Positions 54,640-64,000 of a DNA stretch of 64,000 bases are shown one piece after another. This DNA is from Candidatus Buchananbacteria bacterium (lineage in GTDB: Bacteria > Patescibacteriota > Patescibacteriia > 2-01-FULL-39-33), in NCBI GenBank assembly GCA_030650095.1, contig JAUSEE010000002.1, positions 6,711-70,710 on the forward strand, in the 5' to 3' direction. The notes under the pieces were generated by a model that saw only the letters and a program-made list of their open reading frames with translations, was not told the DNA's origin and did not search any database. Each line of letters begins with the position of its first letter. Positions within the stretch are counted from its first letter, which is position 1. The translations under genes were made by a program, and so were the position numbers.

Positions 54640-56367
54640 TTATTCTTGAGTAACTCTTAAAACTTCTTCCAGACTGGTTAAGCCGTTTTTAGATTTTACA
54701 AAGCCGTCTTGAAGCAGGGTCATCATGCCTTGTTCGACAGCCAATTTTTGCAGCTCATCGCGCGAAGCTTTTTTAAGTATCAGTTCCGACATGGCTTCGC
54801 TGACTTCTAACACTTCGTAAATACCCAAGCGTCCCTTGTAGCCGCTATTATCGCACTGATTGCAGCCTTTGCCGCGGTAAAAAAGCATGGAGCTGATATT
54901 TTGTTTTTTGGTCATGTGGCCATGTTCCATCAAATATTTTTCTAATTTTTCCAAATCAAACTGTTGCTTTAATTGTTCTAAGAGCGCTTTATCCAGAGTG
55001 TAACTTTCAATGCAATTTTTACATATTTTTCTCACCAGTCTCTGGGCGATTATAATGTTAATGGTTGAGGCGATTAGAAAAGTTGGTATTTTCATATCCA
55101 TGAAACGTGGGATGGCTGTAACCGCATCATTGGTATGGAGGGTGGATAAAACCAAATGGCCGGTCATAGCGGCGTTGATGGCTATGTCAGCTGTTTCGGT
55201 ATCACGGATTTCTCCTACCATAATAATATCAGGATCTTGGCGCAAAAAAGCGCGCAGTCCTGTGGCAAAAGTAAAGCCGATTTTGGGTTGGATTTGACTT
55301 TGGTTGATGCCTTTCATTTTATACTCAATCGGATCTTCAATGGTAGAAATATTAACTTCGGGCTTGTTGAGCTCGCCTAAAATAGTGTAAAGCGTAGTGG
55401 TTTTACCACTGCCGGTCGGGCCGGTTACCAGGATCATACCATGGGGTTTTTCTACGTTTTTTCTGACTAATTTAAGCGCTTCCGGATTAAAGCCCAGTTG
55501 TTCCATGGTTAATTGCTGAGACTCATCGGGTAAAAGACGCATAACGACTTTTTCGCCGTCGAAAGTTGGTATGATGGAAACACGAAATGAGACTTTATAT
55601 TCTTTGGTTTTGATTTTAAACCGGCCATCTTGGGGCAGTCTGTGCTCGTCTAATTTTAAATTAGATAATATTTTAAGCCTGGCGACTACGCCGGCGTGAG
55701 TGGATTTTGGCAGAGTCATCACTTTGCGCAGAATACCGTCAACACGATAGCGAACGCCGACTTCTTTTTCAGATGGTTCGATATGGATATCAGAAGCTTT
55801 TTCCAAAATAGCGTATTCTAAAAGAGTGTCTACCACTCTGACAATAGGCAAGTCCTGGGCTAAATGTTTGAGTTCATCCGGTTTGCCTTCTTTGCCTTTT
55901 TCTTCTTCTTCACCTAATTCTTTTATTTCTGCGCTTAGTCCTTTGTGGTATATTTTTAGGATTTCTTTAATGTCATCGGGAGTAGTGAGGTTGAGTTTTA
56001 TATTCAGCTGGGTTTTTTTAGACAAAAAATCAAAAAGCTCTATGTTGGATATGTCTAGAGTGGCGACGTTTAAATCGGTATTGGTTTTGTCAAAAGCCAC
56101 TGTTTGGTGCGATCGGGCGGTGATTTCCGGAATTAAAAACAAGATATCCTTGCGGATAGTCTTGTCTTTCAGATGAATGAATGGCAACTTATAAAATTTA
56201 GCGGCCAATTCATACAATAAAGCCGGCGATATTATTTTTTCTTCAACTATCAAGTCTTCCAAAGTATCGGATGATTTTCTAACCTTGTCGCTGTATTTTT
56301 TTAGTTGTTTTTCATCCAGAATTTTGTTCTGAAGAAGAATTTCTTCCAAATCTTTTTGGTTGATCAT
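54640..56367 (-). CDS. pilB: Type IV pilus assembly ATPase PilB (GspE family)
   Basis: Walker A GPTGSGKTTTLY, Asp box, His box, tetracysteine CKNC...CNQC. Confidence 0.9.
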   Translation of the reverse strand: MINQKDLEEILLQNKILDEKQLKKYSDKVRKSSDTLEDLIVEEKIISPALLYELAAKFYKLPFIHLKDKTIRKDILFLIPEITARSHQTVAFDKTNTDLNVATLDISNIELFDFLSKKTQLNIKLNLTTPDDIKEILKIYHKGLSAEIKELGEEEEKGKEGKPDELKHLAQDLPIVRVVDTLLEYAILEKASDIHIEPSEKEVGVRYRVDGILRKVMTLPKSTHAGVVARLKILSNLKLDEHRLPQDGRFKIKTKEYKVSFRVSIIPTFDGEKVVMRLLPDESQQLTMEQLGFNPEALKLVRKNVEKPHGMILVTGPTGSGKTTTLYTILGELNKPEVNISTIEDPIEYKMKGINQSQIQPKIGFTFATGLRAFLRQDPDIIMVGEIRDTETADIAINAAMTGHLVLSTLHTNDAVTAIPRFMDMKIPTFLIASTINIIIAQRLVRKICKNCIESYTLDKALLEQLKQQFDLEKLEKYLMEHGHMTKKQNISSMLFYRGKGCNQCDNSGYKGRLGIYEVLEVSEAMSELILKKASRDELQKLAVEQGMMTLLQDGFVKSKNGLTSLEEVLRVTQE

Positions 56368-56495
56368 CTTAGCATGGGAATTATTTGCCCAAAGGCAGGC
56401 AATTGATAATTAATTATAACACAAATAAGCTTTTAGCCACAAGAGTTAAGGGCAAAATAAAAACCGCCACAATAAATTGTAGCGGTCCCATTAAA

Positions 56496-57341
56496 TTAAA
56501 AGATGTAGCGAACTCCTTGCTCTGCCCAACCGGCAAAACCAGTTATATCTTGTTCTGGCCAGGTATCAGCATAATGCATTAAATACATTTTGGCTTTAAT
56601 TTTGTCTGGCAAGGTTTTTAAATCATTCAAGGGAGCGTGGACGGCGCCTGGAAAAAATTGCACATCATGGAACATCACTTCTGATCTGTCGCCATAGAGA
56701 TCAATCAGTTCCGGATCAAATTGCGTATCGCCGGAAATAAATACATTATCGTCGATAAATAAGCCAAAGCTGACAAAGGCAGTTTGCCAGTCATGGGATT
56801 GGGCCGGGTAGTGATTGGTGCGGAAAATCTCTAAATGTATGCCCTTAAAATCCAGTTCAAATATTTCCCGTGGCTGGAAGGTTTTCCAGACAGGCCTGGT
56901 GACATCGAAATAATCGCCGAAAACCAGATTTTTACCGCCTTCTTCCTCGTTGTATTCCATGCCTCCTCTAAGAGTGTAGTCCCACAAAATACGCTGGTAT
57001 TCTTCGCCGATAATCATCTTGATTATCGGCTTTTTAAGAAAAGGGATGCCAAGGTAGCGATTTTTTAGGCCCAAACATTCTATGCCGCCGACATGGTCGG
57101 CATGGGAATGGGTGGGCAGAACCACTTCGACGTCTTCGGGCAAATGCTGGGCTGTCTGAAGTAGCGCCGCCGGGCCGGTCATGCCGAAATCAACCATAAT
57201 ATGAGTGTCGCCTTTGATGATTAGAAAATTAGTCTGATGTAAGGTGGTGGCAAAGGCTGCGCCTACGCCGATAAAAAATACTTCCAATTGTCCGTCATTT
57301 CTAAGGCTTAGTGGTTTATCTCCTAAAGTCTTGATTTGCAT
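56496..57341 (-). CDS. MBL-fold metallo-hydrolase
   Basis: HSHADHVGG metal-binding motif. Confidence 0.7.
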   Translation of the reverse strand: MQIKTLGDKPLSLRNDGQLEVFFIGVGAAFATTLHQTNFLIIKGDTHIMVDFGMTGPAALLQTAQHLPEDVEVVLPTHSHADHVGGIECLGLKNRYLGIPFLKKPIIKMIIGEEYQRILWDYTLRGGMEYNEEEGGKNLVFGDYFDVTRPVWKTFQPREIFELDFKGIHLEIFRTNHYPAQSHDWQTAFVSFGLFIDDNVFISGDTQFDPELIDLYGDRSEVMFHDVQFFPGAVHAPLNDLKTLPDKIKAKMYLMHYADTWPEQDITGFAGWAEQGVRYIF

Positions 57342-57427
57342 TTTTCTTCTCCTTGTTGTTAATGTTCAAACTAGGAATTCATACTATTTCCCATTATCAA
57401 ATAAAGCAGCCATGTTTAGTGGTTGCT

Positions 57428-58576
57428 TTATTCAATGTCAGCTTTTGCTAATTTCTGATGAAATATCGATCTAAACGGCTGCTTGTACAAGCCGACTGTT
57501 TGATTGATAATATTATTCCAATCATATTCCTTGTCTATAATTTTCTTAGCCAGTAAAGCGTTGTTTTTTATCTCGCTACCATTGCTTAGGGCGAATTCTA
57601 ACTTCTTGGCTAAATCCGACACGCTTTTATTCTTGAAATTTATAGTTAAATCGCTGGCTACTTCCATATTTTCTTCAATATTGCTGATAATCGTGGGCAG
57701 GCCGTAAGATATGGATTCCAAGAGAGCAATAGATAACCCCTCCGCTTCTGACGGCTGAACAAATAAATAAGCATTTTCAAACAAAGCTTTTAAACTGCCG
57801 CCAGTTTGTTCGCCTACAAAAATTATATTTTTGTTACCGGCTGCCAGTTGGCGCAATTCTTTGACATAATCATAAGTGTTAGAGCCTTCTCCGGCGATAA
57901 CTAATTTCTGGCTGGTTTTTATTTTATTGTAGGCCTTGATTAGAGTATGTATGCCTTTGTGCTTAACCAGCCGGCTAGCGGTAAAAATATAATTATCTTT
58001 GGATAAATTATATTCCTTAAGAATATCAGTATTAGACTTATTTTCACCTAAACTCACACCATTGGGAATATAAGAGGTTGATTTATCAAACCTGTATTCG
58101 CAGTATTTTTTCAGTGTTTTGGAAACGGTGATTGTTTGGTGCGGAAATTTACAGGCAGCTCTTTCACCTAAAGCTAACATTAGCTTGGCAAACCAATTCC
58201 ATTTTTGGTGTTTTCTGTCCAAGCAGTGGAAGGTGGCAACTACTTTTGTTTTTGGCTTTAAGATCCGAGGTATCCAAGATAAAAGAGTTGGGCCGACTCC
58301 ATGGTAATGGATGATATCGTAATTTTGGAATAAAGCATGGATAGTGGAGAGAAAAGTATGGCTGATAGCATCAAGATTTTTGGTATTCAGAGACGGCAAA
58401 TTTATCAGCTTAACGCCTTTATATTTTTTGATATTTTGGTTCAAATAATGAGGTCGGCTGTAAACTGACACGTCAAAACCGGCTTCAGCTAATCTAATGC
58501 TAAGTTCTTCAACGTGTCTTTCGATACCGCCCTGCTTGGCTGGTATGCCTTTTTGTCCAATTAAAGCTATTTTCAT
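57428..58576 (-). CDS. Glycosyltransferase family 4 (GT-B)
   Basis: MKIALIGQKGIPAKQGGIERHVEELS N-terminus; EGLSIALLESISYGLP E-x7-E region. Confidence 0.8.
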   Translation of the reverse strand: MKIALIGQKGIPAKQGGIERHVEELSIRLAEAGFDVSVYSRPHYLNQNIKKYKGVKLINLPSLNTKNLDAISHTFLSTIHALFQNYDIIHYHGVGPTLLSWIPRILKPKTKVVATFHCLDRKHQKWNWFAKLMLALGERAACKFPHQTITVSKTLKKYCEYRFDKSTSYIPNGVSLGENKSNTDILKEYNLSKDNYIFTASRLVKHKGIHTLIKAYNKIKTSQKLVIAGEGSNTYDYVKELRQLAAGNKNIIFVGEQTGGSLKALFENAYLFVQPSEAEGLSIALLESISYGLPTIISNIEENMEVASDLTINFKNKSVSDLAKKLEFALSNGSEIKNNALLAKKIIDKEYDWNNIINQTVGLYKQPFRSIFHQKLAKADIE

Positions 58577-58720
58577 ATTTTCATTTAACAGCTCATCTTA
58601 CCAAAAAATAGGTAATTTGTCAATAGGTCTGGTTTGTGTTTTTTTCTGCCTATTTTAAACAAAAAAAGAGCGGAAGCTTATGCCAGCTGCCGCTCGTGAA
58701 TTTACTAAATAACAATGATA

Positions 58721-60388
58721 TTAAAGGGTGGTGGAGACGTCTACTTGGAAAGCGCCATCTACCAGGGTAACTGTTTGGCCGTTAATCTTAACGGTCATGA
58801 GTTCCAGTGGAATATAACCTCCGCTGGTCGCGTCAGAAACCACTCCAAAACGCAGAATATTGGGACGGAATTTACTCACTGTTCCGGAAGCATTACCACT
58901 GGTAACAGCAAAAGTTTGCCGTTCGATCCAGGGGTTGCCGCCGGTCTGGTGGTACAACTCCAAGCCAATGACACCAGGGTTGCCGCCGGTAGCCGAGAAG
59001 TTCAGCACGCTACCGTTCCAAGTTAGATTGATGTTAATCAATCCACCCGGGTTGCTTTCGCTGGCAAACACAGCCGTCACGGAGACATCGCTGTCCATCG
59101 TGACCATACCCGGGTTGTTAAAAGCATCGGTGCCATTAACGATCCACTTACTGAATGTCCATCCTGTTGCCGCCGTGGCCGAGATAGTCACTTGCGTGCC
59201 AGCAGCATAGCTACCAGCTCCAGTGACAGTACCCTGGCCCTGAACGGTAATAGAGAGAACGTGGTTGGTGGGTTGCTGTATTATATTGGACACATCAACC
59301 TGGTAGGCTGTATTTCCGTCTACATTAACCAGTGGAACATTTATGCCGTTAATTCTAACAGACGCCGATTCAAATGGCACATATCCGCCACTTACCGCGC
59401 TTGAAACAACTCCGAAGCGTAGAATGTTGGGACGGAATTTATTCACCGTTCCGGAAGCGTTACCACTGGTAACAGCAAAAGTCTGCCGTTCGATCCAGGG
59501 GTTGCCGCCGGTCTGGTGGTACAACTCCAAGCCAATAACACCAGGGTTGGCGCCAGTAGCCGAGAAGTTCAGCACACTGCCATCCCAAGTGAGATCAACA
59601 CTAATAGGACCGCCGGGATTTCCATTACTGGTAAACACAGCCGTCACGGAGACATCGCTGTCCATCGTGATCGTGCCGGGATTGTTGTAGGCCAAAGTGC
59701 CGTTGACAATCCAGTGGTCAAAACTCCAACCATTTTCTGGTGTAGCTGTGATAATCACATCCGTACCGGCTGGGTAAGTCCCCGCGCCGGTCGTCGTGCC
59801 CTGTCCTTGGGTGGTAATATTTAGATCGAAAAATTCTCCGCCCTCTCTGGTAAAAGAGGTGGCGAAACCGGTTCCGTTATTGGCTGTGGCGGTAACAATC
59901 AACGATTTTACGCTTCCACTCATGTAGAAGTCAAAGGTATTGAAAGCCACGCCATTTTCTACGCCGCCGCTCAAATGCAAATCATCAATAGAGGCGATAA
60001 TTCCCAAAGCAATCAAATAGCCCCAGAGGTCTTCAGGCTCATAAGTTTTATAAAGCCCATCCTCATCATTCGCCAGGGAAATATTTTTATGACCGTCGGC
60101 GTTGTTATAAACGCTGACGCTGATGGCCTCGCTTAGGCCATCAATGGAAAAAGTAGCCTGGACTTTTGACATAGGTACGCCGTCATAGCGTACGCTGCCG
60201 AAAACCGGGCCTGTGTTAGAGGGAATAATAATGTTGTCATAATTTTCTAATGTGTCAGAAAATAATTCCTGTCCATTCTGATTTTCCAATTGAGCAGTCA
60301 CCACCAGCGTCGCCGGTGGCGGGCAACCCAAAAAGATAATGGAAATAAAACAAAAAACCGCAATTACCGAGATCAACTTTGTCATCAT
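58721..60388 (-). CDS. Secreted protein with two near-identical InlB-B-repeat-like modules
   Basis: Signal peptide; twice ...GQGT(V/T)TGAG(S/T)Y.AGT.V.I.AT...GW(T/S)F..WIVNGT.A(F/Y)NNPG..TMDSDVSVTAVF... Confidence 0.5.
   Translation of the reverse strand: MMTKLISVIAVFCFISIIFLGCPPPATLVVTAQLENQNGQELFSDTLENYDNIIIPSNTGPVFGSVRYDGVPMSKVQATFSIDGLSEAISVSVYNNADGHKNISLANDEDGLYKTYEPEDLWGYLIALGIIASIDDLHLSGGVENGVAFNTFDFYMSGSVKSLIVTATANNGTGFATSFTREGGEFFDLNITTQGQGTTTGAGTYPAGTDVIITATPENGWSFDHWIVNGTLAYNNPGTITMDSDVSVTAVFTSNGNPGGPISVDLTWDGSVLNFSATGANPGVIGLELYHQTGGNPWIERQTFAVTSGNASGTVNKFRPNILRFGVVSSAVSGGYVPFESASVRINGINVPLVNVDGNTAYQVDVSNIIQQPTNHVLSITVQGQGTVTGAGSYAAGTQVTISATAATGWTFSKWIVNGTDAFNNPGMVTMDSDVSVTAVFASESNPGGLININLTWNGSVLNFSATGGNPGVIGLELYHQTGGNPWIERQTFAVTSGNASGTVSKFRPNILRFGVVSDATSGGYIPLELMTVKINGQTVTLVDGAFQVDVSTTL
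58740..59860. repeat. Tandem ~560-bp duplication (about 95% identical) within a GC-rich gene
   Basis: Segment gggacggaatttaYtcacYgttccggaagcRttaccactggtaacagcaaaagtYtgccgttcgatccaggggttgccgccggtctggtggtacaactccaagccaat occurs at ~58861 and ~59421. Confidence 0.7.
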
Positions 60389-60497
60389 TCGTCCTCCATT
60401 GGTGTTCTGATGATCTTAAATTGTAGCGGTAATTTATCTAAATCACCGGCTACTTCTTTGTCAAGGAACAAGCAGGAACAGTCCTACTCAACAAATC

Positions 60498-60526
60498 ATA
60501 TTATCACATATCACAGTAAATGTCAA
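60498..60526 (-). promoter_or_regulatory. Candidate sigma70 promoter (TTGACA-17-TAATAT) for the 58721-60388 gene
   Basis: minus strand reads cTTGACAtttactgtgatatgtgaTAATATg; GGAGG RBS 5 nt before the start at 60388. Confidence 0.45.
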
Positions 60527-60530
60527 GAAC

Positions 60531-60560
60531 AAAAAATACCCCAATTGAGGTATTTTTTTA
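60531..60560. terminator. Rho-independent terminator after the 60577-61332 gene
   Basis: aaaaatacc ccaattga ggtattttttt. Confidence 0.45.
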
Positions 60561-60576
60561 GCTTATTTTAGACAAT

Positions 60577-61332
60577 TTATTTAATAACTACGATCCCGTC
60601 AGAATTGGCTATTTTATCATTTATTAAATTAGTGGTTATACCGGTATTGGTTTTAATTATAATTTTTTGGCTGATTGAGTCTAAAGCGGTAACTTTTATG
60701 CCATTTAATAATTCGGCAACCGATCCGGCTTGATTAGCGCTAGGCGTTAGGGCGACTTCAAAAGCCAGACCAATAGGCTGGTTGGCATCAGTTAAAAGTA
60801 ATCTATCTAAAGCCCAATTAATTTGTCTGGAATTGTTATTAAAATACATATTTTCTCCATGAGTAACGATTGATTTGCCGGTTAAAGAAACATTTTCCGG
60901 CAACTGGGCTGACACTAAAACATTTTTCAAATCATGAGTAAACTCGTCTAAACTGATGAATATCCAGTATTTGGTAATGGCACCGATTTTTGGCGGCAGC
61001 GGCCCCAGGCCTAATTGCTCGCCTTCGGCCGTGTAATATCTGGCCAGTGATTGCAGTTTTATGTCAGTTGATTTTATAATCACCGGCTCGTTTTCTTCAA
61101 CTTGGTTGTCAGTGTTGGTATCAGTATTTATATTTTGGTTGCTGTTTTGATTGTTAGCATTACTGTCAATTCCCAGCACCGCGCCGTAATTGCCGGTTGA
61201 CAAATAAGCGTTAATAATTATTAAAGCCAAGATAAAAACAGACAAAAGGCCATCTATGGTTAAATGCCAATATCTATTTTTATTGTCTTTATGATAATGC
61301 TTGTTCCAGCGTTTTTTAAAAAAGTTTTCCAT
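60577..61332 (-). CDS. Hypothetical secreted/membrane-anchored protein
   Basis: 251 aa, N-terminal TM, Asn/Gln-rich linker; no motif. Confidence 0.35.
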   Translation of the reverse strand: MENFFKKRWNKHYHKDNKNRYWHLTIDGLLSVFILALIIINAYLSTGNYGAVLGIDSNANNQNSNQNINTDTNTDNQVEENEPVIIKSTDIKLQSLARYYTAEGEQLGLGPLPPKIGAITKYWIFISLDEFTHDLKNVLVSAQLPENVSLTGKSIVTHGENMYFNNNSRQINWALDRLLLTDANQPIGLAFEVALTPSANQAGSVAELLNGIKVTALDSISQKIIIKTNTGITTNLINDKIANSDGIVVIK

Positions 61333-61348
61333 ATATTTTAATAATTAT

Positions 61349-63475
61349 TTAATTACTTATTTCATCTAGAGTGGAGCTTAAAGTAAAAACATCGGTTGTG
61401 AGGGTTATTATTTCTTTATTGCCATCACTGTCTATATCGGTTACAGCCACTCTGGTGCCGTCTTTCTTTTTACTGTCATAAGGCAACCAAGCCTTAACTA
61501 GAACGCCGCTAGAATTAAAAATTTTAACTTCCGGTTCTCCGCCCTGGCCTATGCCAGTGATGATTTCTGCCACGCCGTCACCGTTTATGTCTCCGCTTGC
61601 CACATAAGTTCCGCCTCTAAAATTTTTGTTGTAAGCAAAAAATTCACTGATTAATGTCCGGCCTGTTTTGTCAAATACTTTAACATGCGGACCGCCTTTG
61701 TAACCGGCTCCGGCAATTATTTCTATCTCGCCATCGCCATTGATATCGCCGGCGGCTAAGTTAACGCCCAAATCAGACGCTGTTTTTTTATAAGCATACC
61801 AGCTGTTTATCAAAACCCCAGCGCTGTTAAAAACTTTTATTTCGTTGGCGCCGCCATTTTCCGGGCCGGTGATTATTTCCATTTTACCGTCTTTATCCAA
61901 ATCGGCAAAAGCCAAAGACAAACCGCCGTTGTATTTATAGCCGTAAGGCGTAATTTGGGTTTTTGTAAAACCGCTATCGCTTAATATGGTAATAGTTGAT
62001 TTGTCGCTAATTATAGTTTCTTCATGATCATCTCCGTCAATATTCAATTTAGCTATTTTAAGGCCGCCGCGGAATTTTTGGTTATAAGCAAAAAAGCCGG
62101 ATCTGATGCTTTCTCCGTTTTGATTGAATATTCTGGCAAAAGATCCGTTGGTAAAAACAGCCTCTTTCATTTCCTCTATTGGCCTTAAAAGTATAGTGCC
62201 ATCTTCCGGACTTAAAGTTAAGCTGTCGATTTTACCGCCGTTACTAATGTCGTAATTTTGAGTGCTTTTTATTTTTTCATATTCACGGTCAAAATTAATG
62301 GTCTGGTTTTTGTCGGTGGAATTAACTATAGCCAAGCCGTTTTCAAAATCCCTTTTCCAAACGCCTTCTTTTATCCGTCCATTTTTTTGATCCAGCAAGT
62401 TTATCGGTTTTGATTTGGGCTGGCCTAAATTAATATCAAACTCGTCATACCACCAAAAGTCTTCGCGTTTTTCTGTGCCCCAATCAAAGCTATAATAGCC
62501 GTCATAAAGCAAAGTGCTGGTTAAGCCATAACGCATCCGGCTGGAATTGGTGTATTGGCCAGTATTATCAGAATCAGCATTAATTATATTTATCCTGGGC
62601 TGATAACCTTTGGCATTAACGATAAAATATCTTTCCATTGATCCCACCCAGCCGCCTTCCCAGAATTCCGGAAAGCCTTCAAACATGCGTCCATTGGTGT
62701 ATTCGCTGTAGGATCCTTCGCCGTTGCCTAAGATTAGGTATTTATCACCTAGTCTATCCCTGAGGTTTTTGAAAAAAATTCTGTTGCCCACTTGCCACAA
62801 TTGGTTTATTTTATTTTCACTGTCTTTTTGGCCGTCGCCGTCCATGTCCATATCCGGATTTACCCAGGCGGCCGTGTTCCAAATATTATCAAATAAAAGC
62901 CCGTCCCATAAATTGGTAGACAAGACTTTGTTGGTATAAAAATTAATCAAGTAATCATTATAAAAATTTCCCGATCTGTCGCTGACATATTGGTTCATGG
63001 ATAAATTGCCCGGCCAATAGCTTATGTTTTCTCCCTGGTAAGTTTTTAGATACCACTCCGGGCTGATGCCTGAAATTAAATCATGCCATAAGCCGGTTCC
63101 GCCGGGTTCCATTATTTGTAATCTTTCGCGCGGCACTTCATTGGCGGTGGTGTAAGCCAAAATAATAATATCCGGGTTTAATTCCCTGATTTTTAAAATG
63201 GCTTCAGCGCTGTCTACTTGGGCTTTCATATCCAAGGCCAACATGTCCCACTTAGCTAAAAGAGGAACCTCTTCCATGGTAATGGGCGTTTTCCAATATA
63301 AATTTACAGCTTTGGGGTATTGGTTATCGGGCAAATTATAAGCTAGCCCGACAGAGGGGACTAGCAAGATGATTGAGGCGATAGTTAAAATTATTCTTTT
63401 TACCCCGTTAAATTTTATTGGAACGCTAAAACCCGTTTTAATTTGTAGAGATTTATTTTTATTAATTTTATTCAT
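61349..63475 (-). CDS. Secreted protein with N-terminal putative glycoside-hydrolase-like TIM-barrel domain and C-terminal FG-GAP/VCBS-like repeats
   Basis: Repeats DLDKDGKMEIITG, GDINGDGEIEIIAGAG, GDINGDGVAEIITGIG, TDIDSDGNKEIITL (FG-GAP-like Ca-binding loops); N-terminal signal anchor. Confidence 0.5.
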   Translation of the reverse strand: MNKINKNKSLQIKTGFSVPIKFNGVKRIILTIASIILLVPSVGLAYNLPDNQYPKAVNLYWKTPITMEEVPLLAKWDMLALDMKAQVDSAEAILKIRELNPDIIILAYTTANEVPRERLQIMEPGGTGLWHDLISGISPEWYLKTYQGENISYWPGNLSMNQYVSDRSGNFYNDYLINFYTNKVLSTNLWDGLLFDNIWNTAAWVNPDMDMDGDGQKDSENKINQLWQVGNRIFFKNLRDRLGDKYLILGNGEGSYSEYTNGRMFEGFPEFWEGGWVGSMERYFIVNAKGYQPRINIINADSDNTGQYTNSSRMRYGLTSTLLYDGYYSFDWGTEKREDFWWYDEFDINLGQPKSKPINLLDQKNGRIKEGVWKRDFENGLAIVNSTDKNQTINFDREYEKIKSTQNYDISNGGKIDSLTLSPEDGTILLRPIEEMKEAVFTNGSFARIFNQNGESIRSGFFAYNQKFRGGLKIAKLNIDGDDHEETIISDKSTITILSDSGFTKTQITPYGYKYNGGLSLAFADLDKDGKMEIITGPENGGANEIKVFNSAGVLINSWYAYKKTASDLGVNLAAGDINGDGEIEIIAGAGYKGGPHVKVFDKTGRTLISEFFAYNKNFRGGTYVASGDINGDGVAEIITGIGQGGEPEVKIFNSSGVLVKAWLPYDSKKKDGTRVAVTDIDSDGNKEIITLTTDVFTLSSTLDEISN

Positions 63476-63503
63476 AATAATTAATTATTTAACCGGGTGA
63501 ATA

Positions 63504-63992
63504 TTATTTCTGGGCTATGATAATAGTGGGAAACATGACTGCGATTAAAGCCTTGGTTAATTTTCTATTTAGTTTTAGCACACTTTTGAATATTTTAAAA
63601 TCAAACATTTTTTCCAGCAGTAATGATCTTTTCAGCCATAACATTCTGGGCTGGGCGGCTATTTTAAACTTTTCCATTATCCGGGGATTAAACAAATAAC
63701 CCGATACCTTGCTGTAACCGCTTTCTTTCATTTGTCTAACCAGTTCTCTTAAATTAAATTCCTTCAAATGCAGGCCTTGCGCCCGGCTGCCCAGTTTTAA
63801 GAAATGTCCGCTGATATCGTGAGGCCCGGAAAAGCGGTGCGGGGTGATAACCAGCAACCGGCCCTTGTCTGTTAAAATATTTTTCAATTTAAGCAAGGTG
63901 GCTTTCATTTCATCCGGAGCAATATGCTCTATGACATTATCCATAACAATCAAATCATATTTATCTTGGATTTGGTTTAAATCGCCGCTCAT
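63504..63992 (-). CDS. Class I SAM-dependent methyltransferase (C-terminal part; ORF may be truncated at the window edge)
   Basis: YDLIVMDNVIEHIAPDEM post-motif-II region of methyltransferase type 11/12; SAM-binding motif I would lie beyond position 64000. Confidence 0.5.
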   Translation of the reverse strand: MSGDLNQIQDKYDLIVMDNVIEHIAPDEMKATLLKLKNILTDKGRLLVITPHRFSGPHDISGHFLKLGSRAQGLHLKEFNLRELVRQMKESGYSKVSGYLFNPRIMEKFKIAAQPRMLWLKRSLLLEKMFDFKIFKSVLKLNRKLTKALIAVMFPTIIIAQK

Positions 63993-64000
63993 AAATCTAG

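Overview
Low-GC (~35-40%) bacterial chromosomal window with tightly packed genes and a standard genetic code; TAG, TAA and TGA all end well-supported genes. The gene content, many stand-alone receiver proteins, a giant repeat-rich surface protein and a type IV pilus operon without a secretin suggest a small-genome, possibly monoderm uncultivated lineage (inference only). Housekeeping genes are B12-dependent class II ribonucleotide reductase (nrdJ) next to a cobalamin adenosyltransferase (cobO), rsmI, metG, tatD, a HIT protein, dCMP deaminase, murA, a CtpA-type protease, rplI, pyrG, rpmA and a NifU/IscS Fe-S module. Accessory content is a 9-kb two-component cluster (2 histidine kinases and 6 single-domain receivers), a 3190-aa Asp-box-repeat surface protein followed by a ZIP transporter and three thioredoxin-fold genes, a pilB/pilC/pilin/pilM/pilN/pilO operon, and a cluster of secreted repeat proteins. 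The most unusual signal is a set of short structured repeat families. Family 1 is a nested-palindrome element (GTCATTGCGAG ... GAAGCAATCC ... TACGAG ATTGCTTC ... CTCGCAATGAC) with at least 8 full or partial copies. Two copies flank a nonsense-disrupted small GIY-YIG nuclease gene inserted between a histidine kinase and its receivers. Two other copies are each followed by a ~170-nt conserved module with a compensatory base-pair change, which makes it a structured-RNA candidate. Family 2 (R2, ~140 nt) supplies the identical C-terminus NPTPL-stop to two unrelated genes and brackets an iron-uptake/Fe-S island in inverted orientation. A prepilin/DUF1559 (H-X9-DG) gene with a GC-rich 5' part and a GC-rich, tandemly duplicated surface-protein gene look horizontally acquired.
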